Shown here in pieces: positions 63,286 to 64,000 of a DNA stretch of 64,000 nucleotides; within the stretch, counting starts at the first letter, position 1, and each line of letters begins with the position of its first letter. This DNA is from Candidatus Undinarchaeota archaeon. GTDB lineage: Archaea > SpSt-1190 > JASMDC01. The notes below the pieces were generated by a model. The model made no database searches. It had not been told where the DNA came from and saw nothing but the letters and a program-made list of their open reading frames with translations. A program made the position numbers and the translations under genes. The stretch covers positions 96,001 through 160,000 of the forward strand of contig CAZFHY010000001.1 in NCBI GenBank assembly GCA_964519305.1. The letters run 5' to 3'.

Positions 63286-64000
63286 ATGAAGGCGGTGATA
63301 CTGGCCGCTGGACAGGGGACGCGTCTCCATCCGCTCACGGCCACACGACAGAAGTCCATGATCCCTCTTGCAGGAAAGCCGATCCTCTATCACGTGCTCT
63401 CGGCCGTGAAGGCTGCCCGCATCTCGGAGGTCGTGCTCGTCGTCAACGAGTTCGCGGACGAGATTCGCCAGTACTTCGGTACAGGTGAACGGTTTGGCCT
63501 TTCCATCAGCTACGTGGACCAAGGTCAATGCCTGGGGACGGCCCATGCCCTTCACACTGCGGCCGAGAACACCAAGCTCAACGATGAATTCCTCCTCATC
63601 CATGGTGACCTCATCTTCGACCACGCGATAATGGAACAGCTGCGTGCCGTCAAGGGTGGCTCAGTGATCGTCGGTGCCCATGTTGACAATCCCTGGGAGT
63701 ACGGGGTGCTAACATGCAACGGCTCCCACCTCACCGAGGTGCGTGAGAGACCACCCGAGCAGGAGGCGAAGGGATGCATGGTCAACGCCGGCATCTACCT
63801 CCTTGAGCCCGCCTTCCTGGACACAGTCGCCAGGGGAGAGACCGAGCGACAGGAGTACGACATCCCCCATGCCCTCAACCACTACCTCAAGGGTGGTAAC
63901 CGAGTGGAAGTGCTCGAGCACCGTGGTTACTACCGTGACGTCGGACGCCCTTGGGAGCTCCTGGAGGCCAACGAGTTCATCATGAAGAAGATCGATCACA
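63286..64000 (+). CDS. Sugar-phosphate nucleotidyltransferase (GlmU-like), 3' end outside the window
   Basis: Manual translation MKAVILAAGQGTRLHPLT...LGTAHA...HGDL...VNAGIY...DVGRPWELLEAN. Confidence 0.85.
   Translation, partial: MKAVILAAGQGTRLHPLTATRQKSMIPLAGKPILYHVLSAVKAARISEVVLVVNEFADEIRQYFGTGERFGLSISYVDQGQCLGTAHALHTAAENTKLNDEFLLIHGDLIFDHAIMEQLRAVKGGSVIVGAHVDNPWEYGVLTCNGSHLTEVRERPPEQEAKGCMVNAGIYLLEPAFLDTVARGETERQEYDIPHALNHYLKGGNRVEVLEHRGYYRDVGRPWELLEANEFIMKKIDH

Overview
GC-rich archaeal chromosomal window, judged from Alba, FwdA/FwdC, archaeal TATA/BRE promoters and an RRGQ class III signal peptide. The lineage cannot be fixed from sequence alone. The centrepiece is an expanded His-Xaa-Ser (Hxs) RiPP-like locus at 9873-16258. 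It has one precursor with two (Hx[S/N])5 blocks, one HxsB-type radical SAM/SPASM enzyme, two HxsD-like proteins and four paralogous HxsC-like radical SAM enzymes arranged around a bidirectional promoter. Other notable items: (1) a VirB11/TadA-type ATPase fused to a multi-cluster ferredoxin, coupled to a membrane-anchored PspA/ESCRT-III-like coiled coil; (2) two receptor-like membrane proteins sharing a cytoplasmic domain that resembles coat-adaptor appendages; (3) a block of large surface proteins with Tyr-rich cytoplasmic tails; (4) a three-way-junction 5' leader that could hide an SD sequence; (5) tRNA-Val(TAC) with U37 and tRNA-His without an encoded G-1; (6) several bacterial-type metabolic genes. 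No CRISPR array, rRNA, integrase or transposase was recognised. All functional calls come from reading motifs by eye, not from database searches.
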